Below are positions 1 to 9,339 of a stretch of DNA of 64,000 nucleotides, one piece after another; the stretch's first letter is position 1, and every line of letters starts with the position of its first letter. The DNA comes from Candidatus Krumholzibacteriia bacterium (lineage in GTDB: Bacteria; Krumholzibacteriota; Krumholzibacteriia; LZORAL124-64-63): contig JBFXKG010000007.1 in the NCBI GenBank assembly GCA_050174015.1, forward strand, positions 141,343-205,342, given 5' to 3'. The notes under the pieces are model-generated. The model was not told where the DNA came from and did not search any database. It was given only the letters and a program-made list of their open reading frames with translations. Made by a program: the position numbers and the translations under genes.

Positions 1-999
1 GAGGAGGTCTGCAACCGGCACGCTCCGGACATCCACTACCTGGAGCGGGAGGATTACGCCGCGCTCCTGCCGGCGCGTCCCTCCTGGGCCCACAAGTATC
101 GTTTCGGCAAGGCGCTGCTGGTCGCCGGTTCGCGGAGCTTCGGCGGCGCGGCCCACCTGGCGGCGCTGGGCGCCCTGCGTTCCGGCGCGGGCCTGGTCAC
201 CCTGGCGGCGCCCGATTGCCTGGAGATCGCCCTGCGCGGAGGCCTGCCCGAGGTGCTGCAGCGGCCTCTGCCCTGCACGGAAACGGGGACCATCGCCGCC
301 CCGGGCGATGGGGCCTGGGCCGACCTGCTGGCGGGCCAGTCCGCCCTGGGGATCGGTCCCGGGCTGGACGCCGACGAGGCCACCGACGCCTGGCTGATCG
401 GCGCGCTGGAAACCTGTCCCCTGCCCCTGGTGGTCGACGCGGACGCCCTGGGGGCCTTCGCGCGATGTGAGATCCGACCCCGCTTCGCCCACGGCCATGT
501 GATCATGACCCCGCATCCGGGCGAGTTTTCGCGTCTTTGGGGGCTGCCGGTCGTAGAGGTCCAGGCCAGACGATTCGAGCTGGCGGCCCAGGCCGCCGCC
601 GCCTGGAACGCGGTGGTCATGCTCAAGGGGAGCCCCACGGTCATCGCCGCTCCGGACGGCAGGGTGTTCATCAATCCCAGCGGCGACGATGCCCTGGCGA
701 GGGGCGGGTCGGGGGACGTCCTGACCGGCCTGCTCGCCGGTCTGCTGGCCCAGGGCATGCCCGCCCTGGCTGCCGCCCTGCTGGGGGCCTACGTGCACGG
801 TCTGGCCGGCAGCCTGGCGGCGACGGAGGCGGGTTCGCGCTCGGTCCTGGTCCGGGAGGCCGCGGCGGCCCTGGGCCCGGTCCTGCTGGGCCTGGAGAAG
901 ACCGCGAGCGTCCACGGCGGCCTGCGCGAGGCCATCTGGCCCGTGTCGGAATCCGGGGATTCCGGAGGGGCCGGCGGCGGGGACGGGGAGGGGTCGTGA
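1..999 (+). CDS. nnrD: ADP-dependent NAD(P)H-hydrate dehydratase (YjeF C-terminal domain), 5' truncated by window edge
   Basis: Frame 1 is open from base 1: HKYRFGKALLVAGS..GAGLVTL, IGPGL, VVDADAL, TPHPGEF, LKGSPT, GGSGDVLTG. Confidence 0.9.
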   Translation, partial: EEVCNRHAPDIHYLEREDYAALLPARPSWAHKYRFGKALLVAGSRSFGGAAHLAALGALRSGAGLVTLAAPDCLEIALRGGLPEVLQRPLPCTETGTIAAPGDGAWADLLAGQSALGIGPGLDADEATDAWLIGALETCPLPLVVDADALGAFARCEIRPRFAHGHVIMTPHPGEFSRLWGLPVVEVQARRFELAAQAAAAWNAVVMLKGSPTVIAAPDGRVFINPSGDDALARGGSGDVLTGLLAGLLAQGMPALAAALLGAYVHGLAGSLAATEAGSRSVLVREAAAALGPVLLGLEKTASVHGGLREAIWPVSESGDSGGAGGGDGEGS

Positions 1000-2006
1000 A
1001 GGTCCTGGGCATCGAGACATCCTGCGACGACACCAGCGTCGCCCTGTTCGACAGCGACCGGGGGGTGACCGCCAACCTCGTTTCCAGCCAGGTCGACCTG
1101 CACGGCCGCTTCGGGGGGGTGGTGCCCGAACTCGCCTCGCGGGCGCACCTGGTGAACCTGTTGCCCCTGGTCGACGTGCTCCTGAAGGACCAGGACCTGG
1201 AACTCCGGGATCTGGACGGGGTCGCGGTCACCGCGGGTCCCGGCCTCATCGGCGCCCTGCTGGTGGGGCTGTCCACCGGCAAGGCCCTGTGCATGGCGGC
1301 GGACCTGCCGCTGGTCGGCGTCCATCACATCGAGGGGCACATCCTGGCCAACGGCCTGACCGGGGAGATGGTGACGCCTGCGGTGGTCCTGGTGGTTTCG
1401 GGCGGGCACACCGAGGTCGTCCACATGCCCGGGATCGGGCGGTACGAGCGGATGGGCGCCACGCTGGACGACGCCGCGGGAGAGGCCTTCGACAAGACCG
1501 CCAAGCTGCTGGGCCTGCCCTACCCAGGGGGCCCTCCCATCGATCGTCTGGCCGGGCAAGGTATCCCGGGCCGGTTCTCCTTTCCCCGGCCCCTGCACCA
1601 GGATCCGCGCATCGTCTTCAGCTTCAGCGGTCTGAAGACCGCGGTGGGGCAGACCGTGGCCGCGCTGCCCAGGCCGCTGTCCGAGCAGGATGTCGCCGAC
1701 GTCTGCTGCGAGCTGCAGAGCGCCATCGTGGACTGCCTCTGCCGGCGGTTGTTCCAGGCCGCCCGGCGCAAGCGGGTCAAGGCCGTCTACCTCGCCGGGG
1801 GCGTCGCCGCCAACGGAGGACTGCGGCGGGAGGTGGCCCGCCTGGCGGAGGCGCGGGGCTTGCATTTCGTCCCCCCCCAGCCCGTCTATTGCACGGACAA
1901 TGCGGCGATGATCGCCTATGCCGGGTTCCACCACCTGCAGGCCGGCCGCCGCGACGGGCTGGACCTGGATAGTTTCGCCCGGGCGCCCCTCGCTTCCTGG
2001 CGTTGA
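996..2006 (+). CDS. tsaD: tRNA N6-adenosine threonylcarbamoyltransferase
   Basis: GTG start overlapping the nnrD stop (GTGA); VLGIETSCDDT, GGVVPELASRAH, HHIEGH, SGGHT, DDAAGEAFDK, FSFSGLKT, CTDNAAMIA. Confidence 0.96.
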   Translation: MKVLGIETSCDDTSVALFDSDRGVTANLVSSQVDLHGRFGGVVPELASRAHLVNLLPLVDVLLKDQDLELRDLDGVAVTAGPGLIGALLVGLSTGKALCMAADLPLVGVHHIEGHILANGLTGEMVTPAVVLVVSGGHTEVVHMPGIGRYERMGATLDDAAGEAFDKTAKLLGLPYPGGPPIDRLAGQGIPGRFSFPRPLHQDPRIVFSFSGLKTAVGQTVAALPRPLSEQDVADVCCELQSAIVDCLCRRLFQAARRKRVKAVYLAGGVAANGGLRREVARLAEARGLHFVPPQPVYCTDNAAMIAYAGFHHLQAGRRDGLDLDSFARAPLASWR

Positions 2007-2079
2007 GCCGGTCCGGACCGGCCCCTTCCCGCCTTTGACCGAAACTGTCCCCTTTTTGTGACACGACCCCCTCTCCCCA

Positions 2080-2095
2080 TGGCACGGACCTTGCG
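2080..2095 (+). promoter_or_regulatory. sigma54 (-24/-12) promoter candidate
   Basis: TGGCACGGACCTTGCG matches TGGCAC-N5-TTGC, about 70 nt upstream of the 2164 operon. Confidence 0.7.
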
Positions 2096-2163
2096 GCAAT
2101 CCGCCCGATGCGGGTGTCAGGGAGGGATCCGCATGCCGAACTCGTCCACTGAAAAGGAAAGAA

Positions 2164-3150
2164 ATGTCAGGAAAGGCGCGCATCCTGGTGGCGGATGATG
2201 ATCCCCATATCCGGAGGATTCTGCGGTATTTGCTGGAACAGGACGGCTTCGAGGTCAAGGTCGCCGCGGACGGCGACGAGGCCTGGAAGGCGGTCGCAGC
2301 CTTCCAGCCGGACCTGGTCCTGCTGGACCTGATGATGCCGCAGATGGATGGTTTTTCCGTCCTGGAGATCATTCGTGCCGGTTTCGAGACCGCCAGGCTG
2401 CCGGTCATCCTCCTGACGGCCAAAGGGGAGGTGTCGGACCGGGTCCGCGGTCTGCGGGGAGGGGCCAACGACTACATCGTCAAGCCCTTCCAGCCCGAGG
2501 AACTGCTGCTGCGGGTGTCCAACCTGCTGGAGACCACCCGCCGCGAGCGGGAGGCCAATCCCCTGACGGGCCTGCCCGGAAACCGGGCGATCGAGCGCGA
2601 GATCGAGCGCCGGATCGCCAGCGGCCGGAACTTCGCCTTCATGTACATCGACATCGACCGGTTCAAGAGCTTCAACGACCACTACGGCTATTCGCGGGGG
2701 GACCGGGCCATCTCCTTCCTGGCCGGGGTCCTGGTCGGCTGCGTCCAGAAGTACGGAAACGCGGGGGACTTCGTGGGCCACGTCGGGGGGGACGATTTCG
2801 TCGTCGCCACGGAATCCGCCACGGCGCCGGATCTCGCGCGGCGCCTCATCGAGGACTTCGACGCGGGCTCGGGGGACCTCCATGATCCCGAGGATCTGGC
2901 CCGGGGCTACCTGGAAGTGAAGAACCGCGCCGGGGAATTCACGCAATTCCCCCTGATCAGCCTGACGGTGGCCCTGATCGAGAACATCGCGGGGCGATTC
3001 GAGCATCCGGCCGAGCTGAGCGACACGCTCGCCGAGCTGAAACAGTACGGAAAGACCATGGTCCACAGCGTGGTGGTCCGGGAACGCCGCGGGAGCACCG
3101 GCGCGGCCGACCGGTTCGACCTGACCACGTCGGGGAAAAACCATACCTGA
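2164..3150 (+). CDS. response regulator with GGDEF (diguanylate cyclase-like) domain
   Basis: REC (VADDD, DLMMP, LTAK, KPF), then NPLTGLPGNR, DIDRFKSFNDHYG, GHVGGDDF. Confidence 0.88.
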   Translation: MSGKARILVADDDPHIRRILRYLLEQDGFEVKVAADGDEAWKAVAAFQPDLVLLDLMMPQMDGFSVLEIIRAGFETARLPVILLTAKGEVSDRVRGLRGGANDYIVKPFQPEELLLRVSNLLETTRREREANPLTGLPGNRAIEREIERRIASGRNFAFMYIDIDRFKSFNDHYGYSRGDRAISFLAGVLVGCVQKYGNAGDFVGHVGGDDFVVATESATAPDLARRLIEDFDAGSGDLHDPEDLARGYLEVKNRAGEFTQFPLISLTVALIENIAGRFEHPAELSDTLAELKQYGKTMVHSVVVRERRGSTGAADRFDLTTSGKNHT

Positions 3151-3157
3151 GCGGAAG

Positions 3158-5569
3158 GTGTCCATGTCCTACCGAGGTCTTCCGGGGAACGGGGTGTGCG
3201 GGGACTGCGACCAGGTGTCGGCGGTCCTCAAGCTGATCTCCCGGACCCGGAAACTCCCCGTCATTCCCGAACTAGCCCTCGGCATCCTCGACGTCTACGG
3301 GCGGCTGGACGGCGTCCGGGAGGCGGCCGTGTTCCTGGATCCCCAGGTCGCGGCCACCCTGGACCCGGGCTGCGGCCGCCGCTCCCAGTACCTGGCGGTC
3401 CTGGGGCCCGGGCAGGGCGAACCGGCCTGGATCAGCGCCCCGTCCGCCTGGAGGCGCCGGGCGTTCGCGGCCCTCGGGCGGGACGGAGCCGGGATCCCGG
3501 CCGAGGGCAGGGGTCCCTGGGAGGATGTCGTCCCCTGGCCGTCGGCGACCTGGTCGGACCAGGACGCCTGGCTGGGATTGAACCTTGACCTCCACGGGGA
3601 TCCGGTGCTGGGCCTGCTGCTGGTCATCGGCGCGGCCGAGTGGCCGGCGGCCGGGGGACCGGCCCGCAGCCGGCTCGTCCAGCTCAAGGACGTCATGGAG
3701 CCGGTCCTGGCCATCTGGTCGGAGGCGTCCTCCCTGCGGTCGCGGCTGCGCCAGGCCGCCACCGAGACGCGGGCCCTCAGCCGCATCAACCAGCTCCAGG
3801 GGCGCTTCGTGGCCATGGCCACCCACGAGTTCAAGACCCCGCTGACCTCCATCACCGCCTACGCCGACGTCCTCATGGGCCAGATCACCGACGAGCAGTT
3901 CCCCCACGCCACCGAGTTCCTGGACGTGATCCGCACCGAGGCCGGCCGCCTGCTGCGCATGGTCAACCGGATCCTGGATTTCAGCAGGCTGGAGTACGGA
4001 TCGAACCTGCTGGACATGCGCCTGCTCGACCTGGAGCCCATGGTCCGCGAGACCGTCCGCTCCCTGCATCCGGCCATCCAGGAAAAGCACCAGTCGGTGA
4101 CGGTGGCCGCCCCGCGCCGCCTGCCCCGGGTGGAAGGTGACGCGGACCTGATCCGCCAGGTGCTGGTCAACCTCGTCGGCAACGCCGTGAAGTACACCCC
4201 GGACCGGGGCCGCATCGCCGTCGATCTGGCCGAGCTGGAGGCGGCCGTCTCGGTCAAGGTGCTGGACGACGGGCCGGGCATCGACCCGCAGGACATGAAG
4301 CGCATCTTCCGGGAGTTCTTCCGCGCGGGAGGCGCCGCGGGCAAGCAGGACGGGACGGGTCTGGGCCTGGCCATCGCCAGGCACATCGTCCACATCCACG
4401 GCGGGACCATCTCGGTCCAGCCCCGGGCCGGAGGAGGGTCGGACTTCACCTTCCTGCTGCCGAAGGCGGCGGACGTCTGGGCGCCCCTGCCGGGCTACCT
4501 CGCCAAGGGGAACGATCCGGCCGGAGCCCGCATGCTCCTGGTCCACCTGATGCGCCTGCTGGCCGAACTTTCGGGGTCCCGGGCAGCCGTCCTGCTGGTC
4601 CGCGACGGCGAAGGCGGGCTGCTGCCCGTCTGCGGGATGGGCCTGGATCCCGGGTTGCCCGAGCCGGCGGGGTTCCTCGAGGCCCGCGCCTGGTCCGGAT
4701 TCCTGGAGACGGGGCTGATGCTCCAGGCCGGGCCCGAGGCGCACAGCCTGTTGCTGAGCCTGCCCGGCCTGGCCGAGGACCTGGACCGGGGCGGGGACTG
4801 GGTGATGGCTCCGGTGGCGCGCCAGAACAAGGTGCTGGGGGCGGTCCTGCTGGGCAAGCGGCGCCGGCCGGGCCCCCTGGATGCGGCCGACGCCGAGCAG
4901 ATCCAGGTCCTGGTCGACCTCGCCCACACCGCCCTGTCCCGGATGGACCACGAGCCGGCGAAGCTGGCCGAGGCGATGCGGGCGTTGATCCAGACGCGCC
5001 GGGAAGGCATCCCGACGGCAACCGCCGGATCCCTGCAGCTGGTGCGCAGGCTGGCCCGAAGGCTGGGATTGACGCGGCGGAACCTGGCCTCCCTGCAGAT
5101 CGCGGCCGCCCTCCACGACGTCGGGATGGCGAGGGTGGAGGATGACATCAGGCTGGGCGAGGGGCGCCTGAGCTGGGACGAGAAGGACGCCGTCGACGGC
5201 CACGTGGACCTCGGCCTGGATCTCGTGCGGCCCCTGATCCCCGACCACGCGGTCGAGACCATCATCCGCCACCACCACGAGAGGGTGGACGGCAACGGCT
5301 ACCCCGAAGGGCTGAAGGGCGAGGCCATCCCCCTGGGGTCGCGCATCCTGGCGGTGGTCGACGCCTGGTTCAGCCTGACGACGGACCGGCCCTACCGGCG
5401 CGCGCTGGTCCCCGGGGAGGCCCTCCAGGAGATCCGGAGCCACGCCGGCGCCCAGTTCGATCCGGCCGTGGTGGAGGCGTTCGTCGCCCTGATGGAGGGA
5501 GCGGAGGATCTGGCCGCCGGAGCGCGGTCGGGAACGGGAACCGATCCGCAGGACAAGGAGCAGACATGA
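3158..5569 (+). CDS. hybrid sensor histidine kinase (HisKA-HATPase) with GAF-like and C-terminal HD-GYP domain
   Basis: H-box THEFKTPL, NLVGNAVKY, DDGPGI, GTGLGL; LHDVG..HHHERVDGNGYP..DRPYR; start could be ATG 3164. Confidence 0.85.
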   Translation: MSMSYRGLPGNGVCGDCDQVSAVLKLISRTRKLPVIPELALGILDVYGRLDGVREAAVFLDPQVAATLDPGCGRRSQYLAVLGPGQGEPAWISAPSAWRRRAFAALGRDGAGIPAEGRGPWEDVVPWPSATWSDQDAWLGLNLDLHGDPVLGLLLVIGAAEWPAAGGPARSRLVQLKDVMEPVLAIWSEASSLRSRLRQAATETRALSRINQLQGRFVAMATHEFKTPLTSITAYADVLMGQITDEQFPHATEFLDVIRTEAGRLLRMVNRILDFSRLEYGSNLLDMRLLDLEPMVRETVRSLHPAIQEKHQSVTVAAPRRLPRVEGDADLIRQVLVNLVGNAVKYTPDRGRIAVDLAELEAAVSVKVLDDGPGIDPQDMKRIFREFFRAGGAAGKQDGTGLGLAIARHIVHIHGGTISVQPRAGGGSDFTFLLPKAADVWAPLPGYLAKGNDPAGARMLLVHLMRLLAELSGSRAAVLLVRDGEGGLLPVCGMGLDPGLPEPAGFLEARAWSGFLETGLMLQAGPEAHSLLLSLPGLAEDLDRGGDWVMAPVARQNKVLGAVLLGKRRRPGPLDAADAEQIQVLVDLAHTALSRMDHEPAKLAEAMRALIQTRREGIPTATAGSLQLVRRLARRLGLTRRNLASLQIAAALHDVGMARVEDDIRLGEGRLSWDEKDAVDGHVDLGLDLVRPLIPDHAVETIIRHHHERVDGNGYPEGLKGEAIPLGSRILAVVDAWFSLTTDRPYRRALVPGEALQEIRSHAGAQFDPAVVEAFVALMEGAEDLAAGARSGTGTDPQDKEQT

Positions 5570-5955
5570 TCGGAGCGGCACGCATTCTCATCGTCGATGA
5601 CGAGAAACCCCTGGCCCTCCTGCTGACCCAGGCGTTCGAGCAGGACGGCCATCTGGTGACCAGCGCGGCGGACGGGATCGACTGCATGAACAAGATGGCC
5701 TCCTTCCGCCCCGACGTGGTGATCATGGACATCATGATGCCCAAGCTCGACGGGGTCGATACGACCCGCCTGATCCGACGCAACCGCAGCTACGCCGACA
5801 CGATCATCGTGGCCCTGTCGGCCCGCAGCGACGAGAACACCCGGCAAAGGATGAAGGACGCCGGGGCGAACATCTTCATGCGCAAGCCGTTCGCGGTGGC
5901 CAAGCTGGTGGACCGGGTGGCCCGGCTGCTGGAGTCCCGCTCCGGCAAGGCCTGA
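5566..5955 (+). CDS. single-domain response regulator (CheY-like)
   Basis: IVDDE, DIMMP, LSAR, KPF; ATGA overlap with upstream gene. Confidence 0.88.
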   Translation: MIGAARILIVDDEKPLALLLTQAFEQDGHLVTSAADGIDCMNKMASFRPDVVIMDIMMPKLDGVDTTRLIRRNRSYADTIIVALSARSDENTRQRMKDAGANIFMRKPFAVAKLVDRVARLLESRSGKA

Positions 5956-5974
5956 TTCGGGGGGAAACGATCCG

Positions 5975-8719
5975 GTGACGCCCATCCTGGCTGCGACCCG
6001 ACCCGAGACCATCCTGCAGGGAGCCCTGACCGGCGCCCTCGGGGCCGTTTCGGTGCCCGCCACGGTGGTGGTCCTGCTGGTGATCCTGACCGGGGTTTCG
6101 GTGTGGGGCGTCATGATGGCGCGGCGGGCCGCGACGACGCGCCGCTCGGGGGAGGCTAAGGTCTGGGCCCTGGAGCAGCAGCTGCAGGGATTGCGGGGAC
6201 TGGCCGCCGACGCGGAGAGGGACCGCGAGGAGATGGCCGAGGTCCTCGGTCTGCAGAAGAGGAAGACCGAGGCCCTGCGCAGCCGCAGCCGGATCCTCGA
6301 GAAGATCCTGGCAATCAGCGCACGCTTCAACGCCACCCGGAACATGGGCGAACTGGTGGACAAGATCACCGCCGCCGTCGAGGAGGTCGGGGGATTCCGC
6401 AAGTCGGTCCTCTATCTCTGGTCGGACAAGACCCGGGCCTACGAGGCCAGGGGGTTCGCGGGGATCTCCAGCCTCAGCAAGTCCCAGCTGGCGGGGATGC
6501 AGGTGCCCGGCGAGGAGTTCGCCGAGCTGACCGACCCGCGTTTCCGCTACTCCAACTGCTTCCTGGTCCTCCAGGATTCCCGGGGGATCGGGGACGGCCT
6601 CTTCACCGATCTGGACGATTCCCCGGTCCCGGGGATCATGGCCCGGGACTGGTCTGCGGCCCACCTGCTGATCGCCCCGCTGACCACCTCCACCGGCGAG
6701 ACCCTGGGTTACCTGAGCCTGGACGAGCCCGCCGACGGGCTCATTCCCGGGATGGTGGAGATCCGGCAGCTGGAGTTCCTGGTCTACCAGGCGACCATCG
6801 CATTGGAGTCGGCCGCGGTGTACGACCGCCTGGCGAGCAACAACGCCGAGCTCTCGCTGGCCTCGGAGAAGCTGAACAGCCTGGCCGACATGAAGACCAA
6901 CTTCGTGGCCAACGTTTCCCACGAGCTGCGCACCCCCCTGACCTCGATCTCCGCCTACGCCGAGCTGCTGCAGAGCCAGATGGGTTCGCTCTCGGAGGAG
7001 GCCCGCGGGGAGTTCCTCAAGGTCATCCACAACGAGAGCCTCAAGCTCACCGGGATCATCAACGACATCCTGGACATCGGCGAGATGGAGAACGGGCGGC
7101 CCCGCCTGCACCGGGAGGAGGCCGACATCGTCTCGCTGGTCCGGCACCTCGAGGAGTCGTGGCGGAGCCGGGCCCTCGAGCGGGACATCACCCTCGAAGT
7201 CCGCGCAGGCGCCGAGAGCATCGTGCTGCCGGGCGACAAGACCCTGCTGAACCAGCTGCTGACCAAGCTGGTCGGCAACGCCTTCAAGTTCAACCGTGAC
7301 GGGGGCCGGGTGACCATCACGGTCGAGGAGACCGGCACGGCGGTCCGCATGACGGTGGAGGACACTGGCATCGGCATCCCCGAGGACAAGCTGGGCCAGA
7401 TCTTCGAGAGCTTCTACCAGGTGGACGGATCGGCCACCCGGGAACACAACGGGCAGGGGCTGGGCCTGGCCATCTGCCACGACATCGTCACCCATCACGA
7501 CGGCCGCATCTGGGCCGAGAATCTCCAGCCCCAGGGGGCCCGGTTCACCGTTCTGCTGCCCCGGCGGCCGGCCGTCCTGCAGTCGATCCAGCCCGGGGAC
7601 CGCTACGTCGCCCACCTGGATCCCGGCGAGTTCGTCCAGCGGATGATGCACTGGATCAGCGAATCCCTCGGCGCCCAGGTCGTGACCCTCATGCAGCCCG
7701 ACGCGGGCGACGACTACCTGCAGATCAAGGCCGCCATCGGCCTGCCCGAATCGGTGGTCCAGAGCGCGCGCATCCGCAAGGGCTCGGGGGTGGCGGGCAA
7801 GGTCTGGGCCACGGGCAGGACCCTCCTGGTGGAGGACCTGACCAGCGATCAGCGGTTCCTGCACGAGATCAACGAACCGCGCTATTCCACGCCCTCGCTG
7901 CTGTGCGTGCCGCTGGTCAGGGACCGGGACCTGATCGGGGTCCTGGCGGTCAACAACCGTCAGGACGGCCGCCCCCTCGACGACGACGACCGCCTGCTGC
8001 TCGAGGCGATGGCGCCCCGTTTGACCAGGATGCTGACGGTCATGGACACCTGGCAGGGCAGCGCCCGCGAGTTCGCGGCCCTGGGCGAGACCCTGCGCTC
8101 GGTGACCCCGGTGGGACGGCCCGGCCGGGAAAGCATCCTCGACGTGTGCCGGGAGGCCTGTCTGGCCACGGCCCGGCGGCTGATGCTGCCGGACGAGGAC
8201 CTGCAGCCCCTGGCCTTCACCCTGGAGTTCCACGACGTGGGCATGAGGGCGGTGCCGCCCCAGCTGCTCAACCGCCCCGGCCCGCTGGACGACCCGGCCC
8301 GCCTCCTGGTCCGGCAGCACGTGGAGGTGGGGCTGGAGATCCTGGCTCCCCTGGACCCCGGGCCCAGGACCCGGCAGCTGGTCCTCCACCACCACGAGAA
8401 CTTCGACGGCAGCGGTTACCCCGCGGGTCTCGCAGGCGAGGCCATCCCCCTGGGGGCGAGGCTGCTGCGCCTGACCGACACCATGGCGGCCCTCCTGTGT
8501 CCCCGGCCCTGGCGTCCCGCCCTGTCGCTGGACGAAGCCCTGGCGGAAGTGCGCAAGGGCAGCGGAAGCGCCTATTGCCCCCGCCTGACCGAACCCTTCC
8601 TGAGGGAGATCGAGGAACGGCGGGACCGGATCCTTTCCCTGCAGGCCTTCGGGGATGAGGACATGGCCCTGCACCGCCCCGCTCTCGATCGGCGGGGAAT
8701 GATCCCGGTCCGTCCCTGA
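5975..8719 (+). CDS. membrane-anchored GAF-histidine kinase-GAF-HD-GYP hybrid
   Basis: N-terminal TM, GAF, SHELRTPL, GNAFKF, DTGIGI, GQGLGL, second GAF (SLLCVPL), FHDVG..HHHENFDGSGYP. Confidence 0.85.
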   Translation: MTPILAATRPETILQGALTGALGAVSVPATVVVLLVILTGVSVWGVMMARRAATTRRSGEAKVWALEQQLQGLRGLAADAERDREEMAEVLGLQKRKTEALRSRSRILEKILAISARFNATRNMGELVDKITAAVEEVGGFRKSVLYLWSDKTRAYEARGFAGISSLSKSQLAGMQVPGEEFAELTDPRFRYSNCFLVLQDSRGIGDGLFTDLDDSPVPGIMARDWSAAHLLIAPLTTSTGETLGYLSLDEPADGLIPGMVEIRQLEFLVYQATIALESAAVYDRLASNNAELSLASEKLNSLADMKTNFVANVSHELRTPLTSISAYAELLQSQMGSLSEEARGEFLKVIHNESLKLTGIINDILDIGEMENGRPRLHREEADIVSLVRHLEESWRSRALERDITLEVRAGAESIVLPGDKTLLNQLLTKLVGNAFKFNRDGGRVTITVEETGTAVRMTVEDTGIGIPEDKLGQIFESFYQVDGSATREHNGQGLGLAICHDIVTHHDGRIWAENLQPQGARFTVLLPRRPAVLQSIQPGDRYVAHLDPGEFVQRMMHWISESLGAQVVTLMQPDAGDDYLQIKAAIGLPESVVQSARIRKGSGVAGKVWATGRTLLVEDLTSDQRFLHEINEPRYSTPSLLCVPLVRDRDLIGVLAVNNRQDGRPLDDDDRLLLEAMAPRLTRMLTVMDTWQGSAREFAALGETLRSVTPVGRPGRESILDVCREACLATARRLMLPDEDLQPLAFTLEFHDVGMRAVPPQLLNRPGPLDDPARLLVRQHVEVGLEILAPLDPGPRTRQLVLHHHENFDGSGYPAGLAGEAIPLGARLLRLTDTMAALLCPRPWRPALSLDEALAEVRKGSGSAYCPRLTEPFLREIEERRDRILSLQAFGDEDMALHRPALDRRGMIPVRP

Positions 8720-8801
8720 GCCGAGACGAAATCCGTCAACCCCCTGCCGCTTTTGCCGATAGGATGGACGACCCGGAAGGACACCCCCAAGGAGGAGACC
8801 C

Positions 8802-9173
8802 ATGCGCAGGGTGCTGATCGCCGACGACGAGCTCAATATCCGCAACATCCTGGAATTCAGCCTGAACGCCGAGGGTTTCGACGTCATCGTCGCGGAGAAC
8901 GGGCAGGACGCCATCGATCTGGCCCGCACCGAGGCGCCCGATCTGATCATTCTCGACGTGATGATGCCCGGCCTCAGCGGCATCGACACCTGCGCCCGCC
9001 TCAAGCGGGAGAGCGTGACCGCCCAGATCCCGGTCATCCTGTTGACGGCGAAGTCCCACCGGGAGGACCGCGAAGCCGGCCTGGCGGTGGGCGCCGACCA
9101 GTACATCACCAAGCCGTTCAGTCCGCACACGGTCATCGCGGCGGTCTCGGGCCTGCTGGGCGTGGCGCGCTGA
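8802..9173 (+). CDS. single-domain response regulator
   Basis: IADDE, DVMMP, LTAK, KPFS; RBS AAGGAGG. Confidence 0.88.
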   Translation: MRRVLIADDELNIRNILEFSLNAEGFDVIVAENGQDAIDLARTEAPDLIILDVMMPGLSGIDTCARLKRESVTAQIPVILLTAKSHREDREAGLAVGADQYITKPFSPHTVIAAVSGLLGVAR

Positions 9174-9339
9174 CGCCCGGGAGCGACGGCCGGCCCGGCC
9201 GCCGTCACCGGGGATGGACGCATTCCCCGCCTCCGCTTACTATGCCTCCCGACCACCTCGGCCAGGATCAGCCGGCCCGCAGCGGGACTGCGTGCCGGCT
9301 GATCCCGGTCCGGCCCTGCGGCCGTCTCCGGGAGAAGGC

